A stretch of DNA of 64,000 nucleotides from Bacteroidota bacterium (lineage in GTDB: Bacteria > Bacteroidota > Bacteroidia > 2-12-FULL-35-15): the NCBI GenBank assembly GCA_947476185.1, contig CANJPX010000008.1:5693-69692 (forward strand), written 5' to 3'. The translations under genes were made by a program, and so were the position numbers. The notes under the pieces were generated by a model that was not told where the DNA came from, did not search any database, and worked only from the letters and a program-made list of their open reading frames with translations. This document shows positions 38,198 to 48,690 of the stretch, in pieces. Position 1 is the stretch's first letter, and each line of letters starts with the position of its first letter.

Positions 38198-39052
38198 ATG
38201 ACTCCGAACAAATTTATAGATATTGATAAAGTACTGAAGGAAAAAGCCCCCGGTCTTAAAAAGTGGATGCCCCGCTTTGCCCTTAATTGGCTGAAAAGGA
38301 AATTACACGAAGATGATATCAATGTCATAATGCATGAAATAAAAGATATCTATGGCGTTGAATTTAACAATAAAGGATTAGAAAAATTAGGTGCTAAAAT
38401 TGAATCTACAAATTCACATTTTATACCAAAAGCAGGAGGAATAATACTTGCAGCTAACCACCCTCTTGGTGGATTGGATGGAATGGCATTTGTAAAAACA
38501 ATTGCTGAAGTAAGACCCGATATTCATTTTGTTGTAAATGATGTATTAAAAAATTTAAAAAATTATGGTGATGTTTTTATCGGCATCAATAAGATAAAAA
38601 CCACTTCCGCAACTTCCCTGAGAACGATTGAAAGCGTTTTATTGACGGAGGAAGCAATAGGGTTTTTTCCTGCAGGTTTAGTTTCCAGAAAACAAAAAGG
38701 AGTGATCATGGATCTGGATTGGAAAAAAAGTTTTGTCACACAAGCCATCGATCACAAAAGAATGATCGTGCCTGTATTCATCGAAGGGCAAAATTCAAAA
38801 TTTTTTTACAACTTCGCAAGGTTCCGAAAACGAATTGGTGTAAAGGCAAATATCGAAATGCTTTTTTTGCCTGATGAAATGTTCAAACAAAAAGACCGTA
38901 CCATTAAAGTGCATTTCAGCAAAGCTTTTGACCCCGCAATTTTAGATAAAAGCAGATCCCATAAAGGCTGGGCGGATCACATCAAGAAATATATTTATTC
39001 TGAAGAATTCAAAAAAGGAATCCCCTTTGAAGAATATATGAATCTAAAATAA
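38198..39052 (+). CDS. putative acyltransferase (PlsC/LPLAT-like), possibly lipid A or aminolipid biosynthesis
   Basis: ANHPLGGLDG acyltransferase-like motif and FPAG motif. Sits immediately downstream of lpxD. Confidence 0.5.
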   Translation: MTPNKFIDIDKVLKEKAPGLKKWMPRFALNWLKRKLHEDDINVIMHEIKDIYGVEFNNKGLEKLGAKIESTNSHFIPKAGGIILAANHPLGGLDGMAFVKTIAEVRPDIHFVVNDVLKNLKNYGDVFIGINKIKTTSATSLRTIESVLLTEEAIGFFPAGLVSRKQKGVIMDLDWKKSFVTQAIDHKRMIVPVFIEGQNSKFFYNFARFRKRIGVKANIEMLFLPDEMFKQKDRTIKVHFSKAFDPAILDKSRSHKGWADHIKKYIYSEEFKKGIPFEEYMNLK

Positions 39053-39086
39053 AATTCGGATATTTCACAGCAGTGAATTCCTATTT

Positions 39087-39749
39087 CTAAAATTCACTTA
39101 TTGCGATCAGCAATTCTTTATTTTCACTGATCCACAACATCAGACTGTTATTGCGGGGAGGTAATTGCAGCTTCTGACAAATTTTAGAACGGTAATTTTC
39201 TACTGTTTTTTCGGAAAGGAACAAAAGTTCGGCTACCTCTTTTGTGGATTTATTCTGACTCACCAACTTTAATGTTTTTATTTCTGCCTGACTCAAGTTC
39301 TTCAATAAAAATATCAATTCAGCCTTCTTTTTATCTTCTTCTACAAAATCTGAATAATAGGATTGTAATTCAGGTCCTATGTATTTTTCATTTTTAGAAA
39401 CTTTTTCGATGCAATCAACGATCTCATTCGCAGCAAAGTCTTTTAGCATATAGCTGAATGCACCTGAATCCATAGCCTTCTTCACCATCTCTCTATCACG
39501 ATACATTGTTAAAATAACAATTCTGGTAGACAACTTTTCTTTTGTAACAATTGTAGAAACTTCCAAGCCATTTAATTCCGGCATATTAATATCAAGAATT
39601 GAAATAGAAGGTTTTTCTTTTTTGATCGCCTCTAAAGCTTCCTTACCATTTTTGCATTCGATGATTTGAATATCAGAAAATGAACTTTCGAGAATATCTC
39701 TCAGTCCTTTTCTAAAAATCGGATGATCATCTGCAATTAAAAGTTTCAT
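39087..39749 (-). CDS. NarL/LuxR-family response regulator
   Basis: REC (LLIADDHPIFRKGL ... ISILDINMPELNG) plus C-terminal LuxR HTH (SQAEIKTLKLVSQNKSTKEVAELLFLSEKTVENYRS). Confidence 0.85.
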   Translation of the reverse strand: MKLLIADDHPIFRKGLRDILESSFSDIQIIECKNGKEALEAIKKEKPSISILDINMPELNGLEVSTIVTKEKLSTRIVILTMYRDREMVKKAMDSGAFSYMLKDFAANEIVDCIEKVSKNEKYIGPELQSYYSDFVEEDKKKAELIFLLKNLSQAEIKTLKLVSQNKSTKEVAELLFLSEKTVENYRSKICQKLQLPPRNNSLMLWISENKELLIAISEF

Positions 39750-41734
39750 ACAGTTTGCTTTTTAGCTGATTTAAATTTAAGAATTAATTTGAATCCTTTT
39801 TCAACTTTATCATCAAAAACCAATGTTCCATGAATTATTTTTGCCCTTTCCTGCATTGAAAGTAAACCTATCCCTAAATGTTGTTTTTTCACCTTCAACC
39901 CTGTTCCATTATCCTGATATAACAAGATCAATTCTCCGGCCTTTTCCTGAATAGAAATTTTTAGTCCGGAGGCTCCGGAATGCTTGATCGTATTATTTGT
40001 GCACTCCTGTATGATCCTGAAAATATGGGTTTGAATCTGAATTGATAGTTGTTCGACACAATCTTCAATCTCGAAACTACACTCCAACTTCGTTGCAGAT
40101 TGAATACTTTCAAGCAAAGAGGCAACGGATCTTGATAAACCGATCTTTTCCAAATTTGTCGGGTATAAATTACGCGAAATTTCTCTGGTCTGTTCGATCA
40201 CTCTCCCTAATTCATTTTCCAGTACGTCTGAAGGTTCTTTGGAATTTTGTTTTTCTTTTATGATTTTCGATTTTATCACCGACAACGATTGTCCTATATC
40301 ATCGTGAAGATCCCTTGAGATACGTAAACGCTCCTCCTCAATATTCTGGATCAATTGCTGACTAAATTGCTGTTGTTTTTCTTTTATCTTTTTCGAATAT
40401 CGCAACGACGATAAACTAATTATCAGAATAATAAAAATAATTGCTGTACCTATGCTGATCCATTTCAGATAGCGTTCCTCCTGATTACTTTTTTCAAGTA
40501 AAATAGTTGTGGATCTCTCTTTTTCCAACTCGATCTCTTTCTTCTGAATTCTCTGATTTTGCTGTAGCTCCGCAATAACTTTGTTGTTAATTTGTCCGGC
40601 CAGGCTATCTTTTATTTGAGCAAAGCTTAAATAATTTTCCAATGCTTCCTTGTAATTTTTTTTATCATTTTCTATCCTATATTCCATTAGATAATAAGAG
40701 GAAAGTGCTTCTAAATTTCCTGTTTCTTTAGTAAGTTCTTTGATTTTCTGCAGCAATTTTTCGGCTTCATCCACTTTTTTTATACCAATGAAAACATTTG
40801 CTTTATTCAAATAGGCCGTAGTAAGTTCTTTTTTAAAATTGTGCATTTGAAGAACAACGATCGCTGAATCAATGTACGCCAAAGCCTTTTCACTTTTCCC
40901 CGTATTCGAAAATGCTGATGCCAGATTAATATAATTGCTTGCCAGTTCCTGTGGAAGATTATTTTGCCGGGAGTATTGAATTACCTTTTCAAATAGCGCA
41001 TACGCTTTTTCAGGTTTATTGTCGGAAACATAGGTTAGGCAAATATTCATTTGAATGTGGCCTACAAGGCGTTTGCTGTTTTCTTTTTCCGCAATTTGTA
41101 AACCTTTTTCAAAATCGTCTAGCGCTTCTTTTATTTGTCCGAGTCCTAATTTTATTAATCCAAGATTATTTCTAAAAACTGCTGAATAATAATTAAGATC
41201 CTGGATCTCTGAAATCGTAAGCCCTTCCAGATATAATTTTGTCGCTGACTTTGCATCATTGTTTTCTTCTTTCAATATCCCTTTCAGGTTTAATAACTCA
41301 GCCACATTTTCGAAATCTTCCCTTTTTTTTGATATAACTAATAAGTCATCCAATTCTTTTTCGGCTTGTTCTTTATTTCCATTTTCATATTCTAAAAAAG
41401 CCAATCTAATTTGAGCTAGGGTTTCGATATGAGGATTCTCCCATTTTTTTGCTTCCGTGAGTGCTAATTCAAAATATATTTTTGCTTTATCAAGATTTCG
41501 AACATAGAAAAAATAGTTTCCATAATACAAGTGAACCTCAGCAACAGCTGCTTTTGTTGAAGACAGCAAAGCTTTTGAAATTGTTTCTTCTCCAATATTA
41601 AAAAGTTTGGTTGAATCATAGTAGGAGGCATCTTTTACCTGCGCGATATATTGATCTATATTATTGCCATATCGGGAATAACAAGGCAAAATAAAAATCA
41701 AGAAAAGCAAATTGGCAATTATCCTTTTTTTCAT
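39746..41734 (-). CDS. TPR-containing sensor histidine kinase (HisKA_3/NarX-type)
   Basis: Signal peptide, TPR-rich extracytoplasmic domain, TM segment IGTAIIFIILIISLSSL. HisKA_3 H-box ISRDLHDDIGQSLS. HATPase NTIKHSGASG ... DNGTGL. 4-nt overlap with the LuxR regulator. Confidence 0.85.
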   Translation of the reverse strand: MKKRIIANLLFLIFILPCYSRYGNNIDQYIAQVKDASYYDSTKLFNIGEETISKALLSSTKAAVAEVHLYYGNYFFYVRNLDKAKIYFELALTEAKKWENPHIETLAQIRLAFLEYENGNKEQAEKELDDLLVISKKREDFENVAELLNLKGILKEENNDAKSATKLYLEGLTISEIQDLNYYSAVFRNNLGLIKLGLGQIKEALDDFEKGLQIAEKENSKRLVGHIQMNICLTYVSDNKPEKAYALFEKVIQYSRQNNLPQELASNYINLASAFSNTGKSEKALAYIDSAIVVLQMHNFKKELTTAYLNKANVFIGIKKVDEAEKLLQKIKELTKETGNLEALSSYYLMEYRIENDKKNYKEALENYLSFAQIKDSLAGQINNKVIAELQQNQRIQKKEIELEKERSTTILLEKSNQEERYLKWISIGTAIIFIILIISLSSLRYSKKIKEKQQQFSQQLIQNIEEERLRISRDLHDDIGQSLSVIKSKIIKEKQNSKEPSDVLENELGRVIEQTREISRNLYPTNLEKIGLSRSVASLLESIQSATKLECSFEIEDCVEQLSIQIQTHIFRIIQECTNNTIKHSGASGLKISIQEKAGELILLYQDNGTGLKVKKQHLGIGLLSMQERAKIIHGTLVFDDKVEKGFKLILKFKSAKKQTV

Positions 41735-41893
41735 CCTTTAGAAAAGAGATTATTGGGGAATTATTTTTACTAAATATAATAATTTATAAGGAACCTGATT
41801 CATGAAGCCCGTTTTTATCAATTTTAAAGTTTAAATACTTTAAAATTAGACTTTTATTAGGGGGCAGCCCCCTTGTTTTACTTTACCTTATAA

Positions 41894-44800
41894 ATGAAAT
41901 TTGTATTAGATAAAAACAATTCTCTCATGAAACAATTTTTTAAAAAATTACTACTGCCAATAATTGGCTTGCTATTTTGTATATCTGCAACTGCACAAAC
42001 CTTTAACTGGACAGGATTCGTAACTACAACCAGCTCTGCTACAAGAACTTTTATCAATGGGAACATGACCGCTGTGGTATCTGCAGTTAGCGGAGGAGGT
42101 ACAACAGGCTATTCAAATGGAAGCTCCTCTCAGATCGGAGGCACAGGTGTTTGTGCCGGAACACCCACAGGCTTATTTATGGAAATGTCAGGTGGCAGCA
42201 GTGCATGGGCAAATCAGATAAATGTTGCAATTACTTTTGCAACTCCTGTATGTGCGCCAGCCACATTCACAATTTACGATATCAATGAAGATATATGGGC
42301 GGGTGGTCCAAATTCCAATTATGACGACCAAGTTACTATTGGGGCTACTGACCCAACAGCCACACCCATTGCTCCTGCAAATATTTTATATACAGGTTGT
42401 GCTGTTGCGGGCAATATCTCAACAGTTGGCAATACCAGAGTATTAAGAGGAAGATGGACCAGCAATGGTTGCTCCTGTGCAAGCACTACAGTAACGATTA
42501 ATGGCGGTGGACAAATGATCAAAACCATAAATATCCTTTATAACAATTGTCAGCCAGCAACCTATGCAAAATATGGAATTTGTCAATTTCAGAATATTGT
42601 TATTTCACCTATTGTAGTTACTGCTCCTCCTACGGCATCTATCACCTCATCTGTAATACCATGTGGATCAACAACTGCAACATTAACAGCAACAACTTCA
42701 GCAGGTAGTCCGACCTATGCATGGACAGGACCGGGAACAATTGTTTCACCTGCAGCTGCAATTACATCAGTAACCGGTGCAGGAACATATACTGTAACGA
42801 TTAATCCGGGCAGCTGCAGTTCTACAGCTACTTATACAGTTGCGGCCAGTGGAACACCACCCAATGTTACAGCAACTGCTGCTCAAACTGTCACCTGCAG
42901 TTCTCCAACGATTTCAGCCTCCTCCTCCAGTTCTCCCGTCACATTCAGTTGGGCCGGAGGTGTTGCTTCCGGTGGATCAACATCTACACCAACCATAACT
43001 TCCCCAGGAACCTATACCGTTACGGTTACAAATACAAGTACCGGTTGCACAAGCACAGCAACAGTGGTGGCAACAATGAATAATACGCCACCTGTTGTCA
43101 CTTCATCAAGTAATAATAATATTTCTTGTATCACACCAAACGCAACATTAACCGGAATAAGTTCAGGTACAATGGTATGGAACGGAGGATCATTAGTGAA
43201 CGCTGCTAATCCTGCAACAGTGACTGCTGCAGGAACCTATACGGTTACTTCAACTACTGCCGCAAATGGTTGTACTGCGACTTCATCAGTAACTATAACA
43301 GGAAATACAACTCCTCCTGTTGTTACTTCTTCAAGTTCAGGAAACTTGACTTGTACTACTTTAAACTCGACATTAACAGGAGTAAGTGCCGGTACTATGG
43401 TTTGGAATGGAGGAGCCTTGGTGAATGCTTTAAACCCTGCATCTGTTTCAGCCATTGGCACATATACGGTAACCTCAACAACTGCAGCTAACGGATGTAC
43501 CGCTACTTCAACGGTTACCATAACCTCAAACACAACTCCTCCTGCTGTTACATCTGCAGGCACCGGAAATTTAACATGTACAACATTGAGTTCTATATTA
43601 ACAGGAACAAGCACCGGGACAATGGTTTGGAATGGTGGCGCATTAGTAAATGCTACAAACCCTGCTTCCGTTTCTGCTGCAGGAACCTATACCGTTACTT
43701 CTACAACTTCCGCAAATGGCTGTACAGCAACGTCAACAGTTACAATAACTTCTAATACTACTCCACCGGTTGTTACTTCCTCGAGTAGTAATAATATTTC
43801 GTGTGCTACTACCAGCGCTTTATTAACAGGAGTAAGTTCAGGTACAATGGTATGGAATGGCGGATCATTAGTGAACGCTGCAAACCCTGCTACGGTTACT
43901 GCTGCAGGAACCTATACAGTTACTTCAACAACAGCAGCGAACGGATGTACTGCTACTTCAACGGTTACAGTTACAGCCAGTGGAGCGATCCCAAATATTT
44001 CTATTGCTGTACCTGCACAAATAACGTGTACAACACCAAGTGTTACTTTAATTGGAAATTCTACAACACCAAGTGCAACGTACCTTTGGACAGGTGGACC
44101 TGCATCCGCAAACTACACTGTCAGCGGAGCATCAACATATACTTTAACAGTTACCGATCCGGGTAACGGATGTACTGCAACACAAACGGTTGCGGTAACA
44201 AGCAATACAACACCACCTGCTGTTACATCCGCTGGTACAGGAAATTTAACATGTACAACATTGAGTTCTACATTGACCGGAACAAGCACCGGAACTATGG
44301 TTTGGAATGGTGGCGCATTAGTGAATGCTGCAAACCCTGCTTCCGTTTCTGCTGCAGGAACTTATACAGTTACTTCTACAACTGCTGCTAATGGCTGTAC
44401 TGCCACATCAACGGTTACGATCACATCCAATACTACTCCACCGGTTGTTACTTCATCAAGCAGTAATAATATCGATTGTACCACTTTAAGTTCAACACTA
44501 ACTGGTACCAGCGCCGGAACAATGGTATGGAATGGAGGCGCTTTAGTGAACGCTGCAAATCCCACTTCTGTAACTGCAGGAGGAACATATACCGTAACTT
44601 CAACGGATGCTGCTAACGGATGTACTGCTACTTCTACAGTTACAGTTACAGCCAGCGGAGCATTACCAAACATAAGCATTACTTCACCTCCACAAATTAC
44701 CTGCACAACATCGAGTGTAACGCTTACCGGAAGTTCTACAACTCCGGGTGTAGGATATCAATGGACCGGAGGACCAGCTACTGCTACCTATTTTGTTAGT

Positions 44801-46111
44801 GCAGCAAATACATATACATTAACCGTTACAGATCTGGGAACAGGATGCGCTTCGCAGCAAACAGTTGTTGTTTCTGCAAATACAACACCTCCATCCGCAA
44901 CAGCCGGATCCCCATTAATACTGAATTGTACAACTACAAGTGGAAGCATATCAGCAAGCTCAACAGCAACAAGTCCTACCTACTCATGGACAGGAACAGG
45001 AATTACCGGAGGAGGAACAACTGTATCTCCAACAGTAAATGCTGCCGGAACATATACTGTTACCATCACAGATCCAGCTAACGGATGTACGTCAACAACA
45101 ACTGTCACCGTAACAAGCAACACTGTTCCTCCAAATGCAACTGCAGGTTCTGCACTTTCATTAAATTGTATTACAACAAGCGGAACTATCAGTGCCAGCT
45201 CAACAACAAGCGGAGCTACATATAACTGGACCGGAGCGGGAATCACGGCAGGAGGAACAACTGCTTCTCCGACAGTAAATGCCGCAGGAACATACACTGT
45301 CACGGTTACAGATCCGAGTAATGGATGTACTTCAACTACAACCGTTGCTGTAACAAATATTGTTTCTCCGCCCAACGTAACTGCTGGTGCAGGTGCAATC
45401 ATTAATTGCAGCAGTGGCATTGCAGGAATAAATGCAAGTTCAACAACTGCAGGTGCGACCTACTCCTGGTCCGGACCAGGTATTTCAAGTGGTGGAACTA
45501 CGGCTACTCCAACAGTAAATGCTGCCGGAACTTATACTGTAACAGTCACTGATCCTACCAACGGTTGTACTTCTACTTCAACTGTAATTGTTTCTCTGAA
45601 TCCCGGACCAACTGCAAATGCAGGAACTGACATTACTATCAGCAATGGAACATCAACCACTTTGACTGCCAGTGGAGGCGGAACATATTTATGGAATACC
45701 GGAGATGTTACAAATACAATTGTAGTTTCTCCAACCACAACCACCGACTATTGTGTAACTGTAACCGATACCAGTGGATGTGCTGATACAGCTTGTGTCC
45801 GCATCTCTGTTGAAAATCCTTGTCCAGGAGTTAATGATCTGCAAGTACCAAATGCTTTTTCACCAAACGGTGACGGACATAATGATCAGATCTGTTTACA
45901 AGGATGGGGTGATTGTATCAGCGGATTTAAAATTACGATCTATGACCGATGGGGAGAAAAAGTTTTTGAATCAGAAGATCCAGCCTTTTGTTGGGATGGA
46001 GTATTCAATAAAAAAATGCTTGACCCCGCTGTATTTGTTTATTACATAACGGCCAATCTTCCGAACAATGACAAGATCGCTAAAAAAGGAAACATATCAC
46101 TTATTCGCTAA
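41894..46111 (+). CDS. giant repeat-rich cell-surface adhesin with gliding-motility-associated (T9SS type B, CHU_C-like) C-terminal domain
   Basis: Signal peptide. More than 12 Thr/Ser-rich Ig-like 75-aa repeats, each with a conserved Cys pair. Terminal ~90 aa CPGVNDLQVPNAFSPNGDGHNDQ ... CWDG matches the type-B CTD. Confidence 0.85.
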   Translation: MKFVLDKNNSLMKQFFKKLLLPIIGLLFCISATAQTFNWTGFVTTTSSATRTFINGNMTAVVSAVSGGGTTGYSNGSSSQIGGTGVCAGTPTGLFMEMSGGSSAWANQINVAITFATPVCAPATFTIYDINEDIWAGGPNSNYDDQVTIGATDPTATPIAPANILYTGCAVAGNISTVGNTRVLRGRWTSNGCSCASTTVTINGGGQMIKTINILYNNCQPATYAKYGICQFQNIVISPIVVTAPPTASITSSVIPCGSTTATLTATTSAGSPTYAWTGPGTIVSPAAAITSVTGAGTYTVTINPGSCSSTATYTVAASGTPPNVTATAAQTVTCSSPTISASSSSSPVTFSWAGGVASGGSTSTPTITSPGTYTVTVTNTSTGCTSTATVVATMNNTPPVVTSSSNNNISCITPNATLTGISSGTMVWNGGSLVNAANPATVTAAGTYTVTSTTAANGCTATSSVTITGNTTPPVVTSSSSGNLTCTTLNSTLTGVSAGTMVWNGGALVNALNPASVSAIGTYTVTSTTAANGCTATSTVTITSNTTPPAVTSAGTGNLTCTTLSSILTGTSTGTMVWNGGALVNATNPASVSAAGTYTVTSTTSANGCTATSTVTITSNTTPPVVTSSSSNNISCATTSALLTGVSSGTMVWNGGSLVNAANPATVTAAGTYTVTSTTAANGCTATSTVTVTASGAIPNISIAVPAQITCTTPSVTLIGNSTTPSATYLWTGGPASANYTVSGASTYTLTVTDPGNGCTATQTVAVTSNTTPPAVTSAGTGNLTCTTLSSTLTGTSTGTMVWNGGALVNAANPASVSAAGTYTVTSTTAANGCTATSTVTITSNTTPPVVTSSSSNNIDCTTLSSTLTGTSAGTMVWNGGALVNAANPTSVTAGGTYTVTSTDAANGCTATSTVTVTASGALPNISITSPPQITCTTSSVTLTGSSTTPGVGYQWTGGPATATYFVSAANTYTLTVTDLGTGCASQQTVVVSANTTPPSATAGSPLILNCTTTSGSISASSTATSPTYSWTGTGITGGGTTVSPTVNAAGTYTVTITDPANGCTSTTTVTVTSNTVPPNATAGSALSLNCITTSGTISASSTTSGATYNWTGAGITAGGTTASPTVNAAGTYTVTVTDPSNGCTSTTTVAVTNIVSPPNVTAGAGAIINCSSGIAGINASSTTAGATYSWSGPGISSGGTTATPTVNAAGTYTVTVTDPTNGCTSTSTVIVSLNPGPTANAGTDITISNGTSTTLTASGGGTYLWNTGDVTNTIVVSPTTTTDYCVTVTDTSGCADTACVRISVENPCPGVNDLQVPNAFSPNGDGHNDQICLQGWGDCISGFKITIYDRWGEKVFESEDPAFCWDGVFNKKMLDPAVFVYYITANLPNNDKIAKKGNISLIR
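43079..45360 (+). repeat. in-frame 225-bp tandem repeats (about 10 copies, three subtypes) including a duplicated 675-bp higher-order unit
   Basis: DNA copies begin at approximately 43085, 43310, 43535, 43760, (B type 43985), 44210, 44435, (B' type 44660), then three C-type units 44885-45360. The pair 43541-44215 versus 44216-44890 is about 90% identical. Confidence 0.8.
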
Positions 46112-46133
46112 TCAGTAAAATACGAAATCAAAA

Positions 46134-47231
46134 ATGGAAACAACTAGAAACAAAATATGTATTGTGATTTTCGGAATTAGCTCTTTGCTTTTTTTAAAAG
46201 TAAAGGCTCAGGATATTCACTTTTCTGAATTTAATGAGAACCCATCACTTGTAAACCCGGCCCTTACAGGACAGACACACATTTTAAAAGCTTCAGTAAT
46301 CTACAGAGATCAATGGAGAAGTGTCACCGTTCCATATAAAACATTTGGAGCTTCCGTTGAAATGAAATTAAAAGCAAGCAACTGGGATAAGGTGGGCGAC
46401 CATGCCACCTTAAAATTTAAAAAAGCATTCGGAAGAACAGCTGCAGGACTTTCCTTCTTCAGTGATAAGGCCGGAGATGGAAATATGGGAACCTCACAAG
46501 CGAATCTTTCTTTTGCATCATTTATTCCTGTTAGTTCAAAAAGTTCATTGTCATTAGGGATGCAAGCAAGTCTTGTTCAACGTAAAGTAGATTATGAAAA
46601 ACTTCTATGGAACGATCAATATGGCAGTGCAGGATATGATAATACAATGGATCCGGGTGAAAAATTTACTGATGGCAATTTCTTATATCCTGATTTTGCT
46701 GCAGGAGTTCTTTATAGTTATGGTTTTAACGAAAAAGCAATTGGGGCAAATAATCAATTTAATATGGATGTTGGTTTTTCCATTTATCACTTAAACACAC
46801 CTAAACAACAATATTTATCCGACACTCACGAAAGATTGCTGGCGAAATATATTGTTCATGGTAAATTTTTGATCGGAATAAAAAACACAAATCTATCCAT
46901 AGCGCCAAGCTATATTTTCCAGCTGCAAGGTTCAACAAAAGAATTTATTGCAGGTAGTATGTTCAGATATAATTTAAAAGAAGATTCTAAATATACCGGA
47001 TATGCAAAAGGAGCTACAATATCACTTGGTGCATTCTACAGAAACAAGGATGCCATGATCGCTTGTGCTCAGGTTGAATTCAGTCAATATGCGATTGGTT
47101 GCAGTTATGACATCAATACTTCCGGATTAACGAAAGCAAGTACATCAAGAGGAGGATTTGAGATCTTCTTAAAATTCGTAACGCCTAGCCCTTATTTATA
47201 TCAGAATAAGAACAAAGCGAAATTTAATTAG
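46134..47231 (+). CDS. PorP/SprF-family type IX secretion system outer-membrane protein
   Basis: Signal peptide then QDIHFSEFNENPSLVNPALTG (the PorP/SprF N-terminal signature QDxxFSQY ... NPA) and beta-barrel-like alternation. Immediately downstream of a type-B CTD cargo, the canonical arrangement. Confidence 0.8.
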   Translation: METTRNKICIVIFGISSLLFLKVKAQDIHFSEFNENPSLVNPALTGQTHILKASVIYRDQWRSVTVPYKTFGASVEMKLKASNWDKVGDHATLKFKKAFGRTAAGLSFFSDKAGDGNMGTSQANLSFASFIPVSSKSSLSLGMQASLVQRKVDYEKLLWNDQYGSAGYDNTMDPGEKFTDGNFLYPDFAAGVLYSYGFNEKAIGANNQFNMDVGFSIYHLNTPKQQYLSDTHERLLAKYIVHGKFLIGIKNTNLSIAPSYIFQLQGSTKEFIAGSMFRYNLKEDSKYTGYAKGATISLGAFYRNKDAMIACAQVEFSQYAIGCSYDINTSGLTKASTSRGGFEIFLKFVTPSPYLYQNKNKAKFN

Positions 47232-47243
47232 AGGATAGTTAAA

Positions 47244-47282
47244 TAAAAAATGTCCCGTATTTCTACGGGACATTTTTTTTAA
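47244..47282. terminator. bidirectional rho-independent terminator between convergent genes
   Basis: AAAAAA-TGTCCCGTA-TTTC-TACGGGACA-TTTTTTTT: perfect 9-bp GC-containing stem flanked by A-run and T-run. Confidence 0.7.
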
Positions 47283-47295
47283 TTGTTCTTCCTAT

Positions 47296-47949
47296 TTATC
47301 CTGGTAATCTCGCAATATTTTTCTCCATCATATTTAACTGCTTCACAATTTCATCGGCTTTTGGTTTTTGTGCTTTGGCCTTTCTGAAATATTCTTTCCC
47401 AATCTTATTTTGTTTACGTTGAATCTCGATGGAGCACAGTTGCAAATAAACCGCCGCTAAACTGTCTTTATCAGGAATTCCGGCTTTAACAGCATCCATC
47501 AATGTCTGGCGCGCTTCTTTCGTTTTGCCTTGCTTTAATTGAATAAAACCCAACTGCATCAAATTTGTTCCTGTAACATCACCAACAATCTTTGATTTTG
47601 TTTTTAAGCTTTTTCTGATACTGCTTTCTGCCGCATTCAGATCATCGGATGCGAGTGACAAATTACTTTGAAGCATATAATATCCTGAGCGGATAGGTTT
47701 CAATAACAAACGAGGGAATTTTATCATTTTGATATACTCCGTAGCCTTTTCAACTTCCCCGTCAGATACAGCTTCCTGTACCAAACGCATCGTTCCCATC
47801 ATGAAATATAACAACAAGGAAATAAACGCAAGAATATAACAGATCCAAGCCGTAATAGGATCTTTATAATAATGTGATAATCCACCAAGGACAGCCAACA
47901 AAATAATAAGTGGTATCCTGTAAAGAATATAATAACGTAAAATTTTCAT
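47296..47949 (-). CDS. hypothetical membrane protein with TPR-like C-terminal region
   Basis: Two N-terminal TM helices then an amphipathic, TPR-like helical region. No catalytic motifs. Confidence 0.5.
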   Translation of the reverse strand: MKILRYYILYRIPLIILLAVLGGLSHYYKDPITAWICYILAFISLLLYFMMGTMRLVQEAVSDGEVEKATEYIKMIKFPRLLLKPIRSGYYMLQSNLSLASDDLNAAESSIRKSLKTKSKIVGDVTGTNLMQLGFIQLKQGKTKEARQTLMDAVKAGIPDKDSLAAVYLQLCSIEIQRKQNKIGKEYFRKAKAQKPKADEIVKQLNMMEKNIARLPG

Positions 47950-48010
47950 AGGTAAATATTTATTTAATCAGGGCACAAAAATAAGGGAAAATCCTGATTA
48001 ATGACGAATA

Positions 48011-48349
48011 TTAAAGTTCAAGTTCTTTCAGTGGCTCCCAGTAGTGTTTATCGAAGTTCCTGATCTTGTCATTTACCACTATTATTCCCTCTTTCTCCAG
48101 TAATTCTGCCATTAAAAAAGGGGTAGCAAAATGGTGTTTCCCGGTTAATTCCCCATTTCTGTTAACAACCCGGTGTGCAGGTACAGGTTTCTTTTGAGAA
48201 TGAGCAGCATTCATTGCCCAACCTACCATCCTCGAAGATCGTGCTGTACCTAAATATTTTGCAATGGCGCCATAACTTGTAACTCGACCTTTAGGAATAA
48301 GCCTGGCCACCTGAAATACCATCTGAAAAAAATCTTCGTGCTTTTCCAT
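48011..48349 (-). CDS. MGMT-family protein (alkyltransferase-like DNA-binding domain, no active-site Cys)
   Basis: Winged-helix MGMT C-domain with PAHRVV in place of the catalytic PCHRVV, as in E. coli YbaZ or ATL proteins. Confidence 0.75.
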   Translation of the reverse strand: MEKHEDFFQMVFQVARLIPKGRVTSYGAIAKYLGTARSSRMVGWAMNAAHSQKKPVPAHRVVNRNGELTGKHHFATPFLMAELLEKEGIIVVNDKIRNFDKHYWEPLKELEL

Positions 48350-48420
48350 AGTTTAATTTTTAATCGAGAACTAAATTTCTTACTGTATAGGTCCACTCGG
48401 CAGTAAAATCTGACAGTGCG

Positions 48421-48690
48421 CAGTCATGTTGAGCTTGTCGAAATATTTGCGGTGGCTTCCCACACCCTTCGATAAACTCAGGATGACTTCCCAGCTTCGA
48501 CACTCTGCATCATTGCCTGACGCAATCGAAGTGCGTTTTTGAGCGTTGTCATGTTGAGCCTGTAAAAATGTGGGCTAGCTTCCGCACACCCTTCGACAAG
48601 CTCAGTGTGACAGCCGCACATCGATATTTTGAACCTTCGCCTAACCCAACCGAAGCGAAGCGAAATTTTGTGTTATTATTTTACCTAGCA
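48421..48690. repeat. cluster of REP-like imperfect palindromic intergenic repeats
   Basis: Two about 65-bp hairpin elements: 48423-48488 (GTCATGTTGAGCTTGTCGAA ... TTCGATAAACTCAGGATGAC) and 48549-48612 (GTCATGTTGAGCCTGT ... CGACAAGCTCAGTGTGAC). There are further CGAAG/CTTCG-rich fragments. Confidence 0.6.

Noticed and set aside
41861-41878. Hairpin AGGGGG-CAG-CCCCCT in the divergent promoter region upstream of the adhesin gene
   Set aside because: No gene terminates there. Stem is short with a 3-nt loop. Could be a 5'-UTR structure but the evidence is too thin to call a feature.
43237-45744. Multiple 70-146-aa antisense and alternate-frame ORFs inside the adhesin gene (for example 43237..43614-, 44362..44706-, 44980..45420-, 43801..44166+)
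   Set aside because: They are by-products of the Thr/Ser/Gly-rich tandem-repeat composition. Their translations are themselves low-complexity (V/T/A-rich) and they are nested in a gene with strong domain support.
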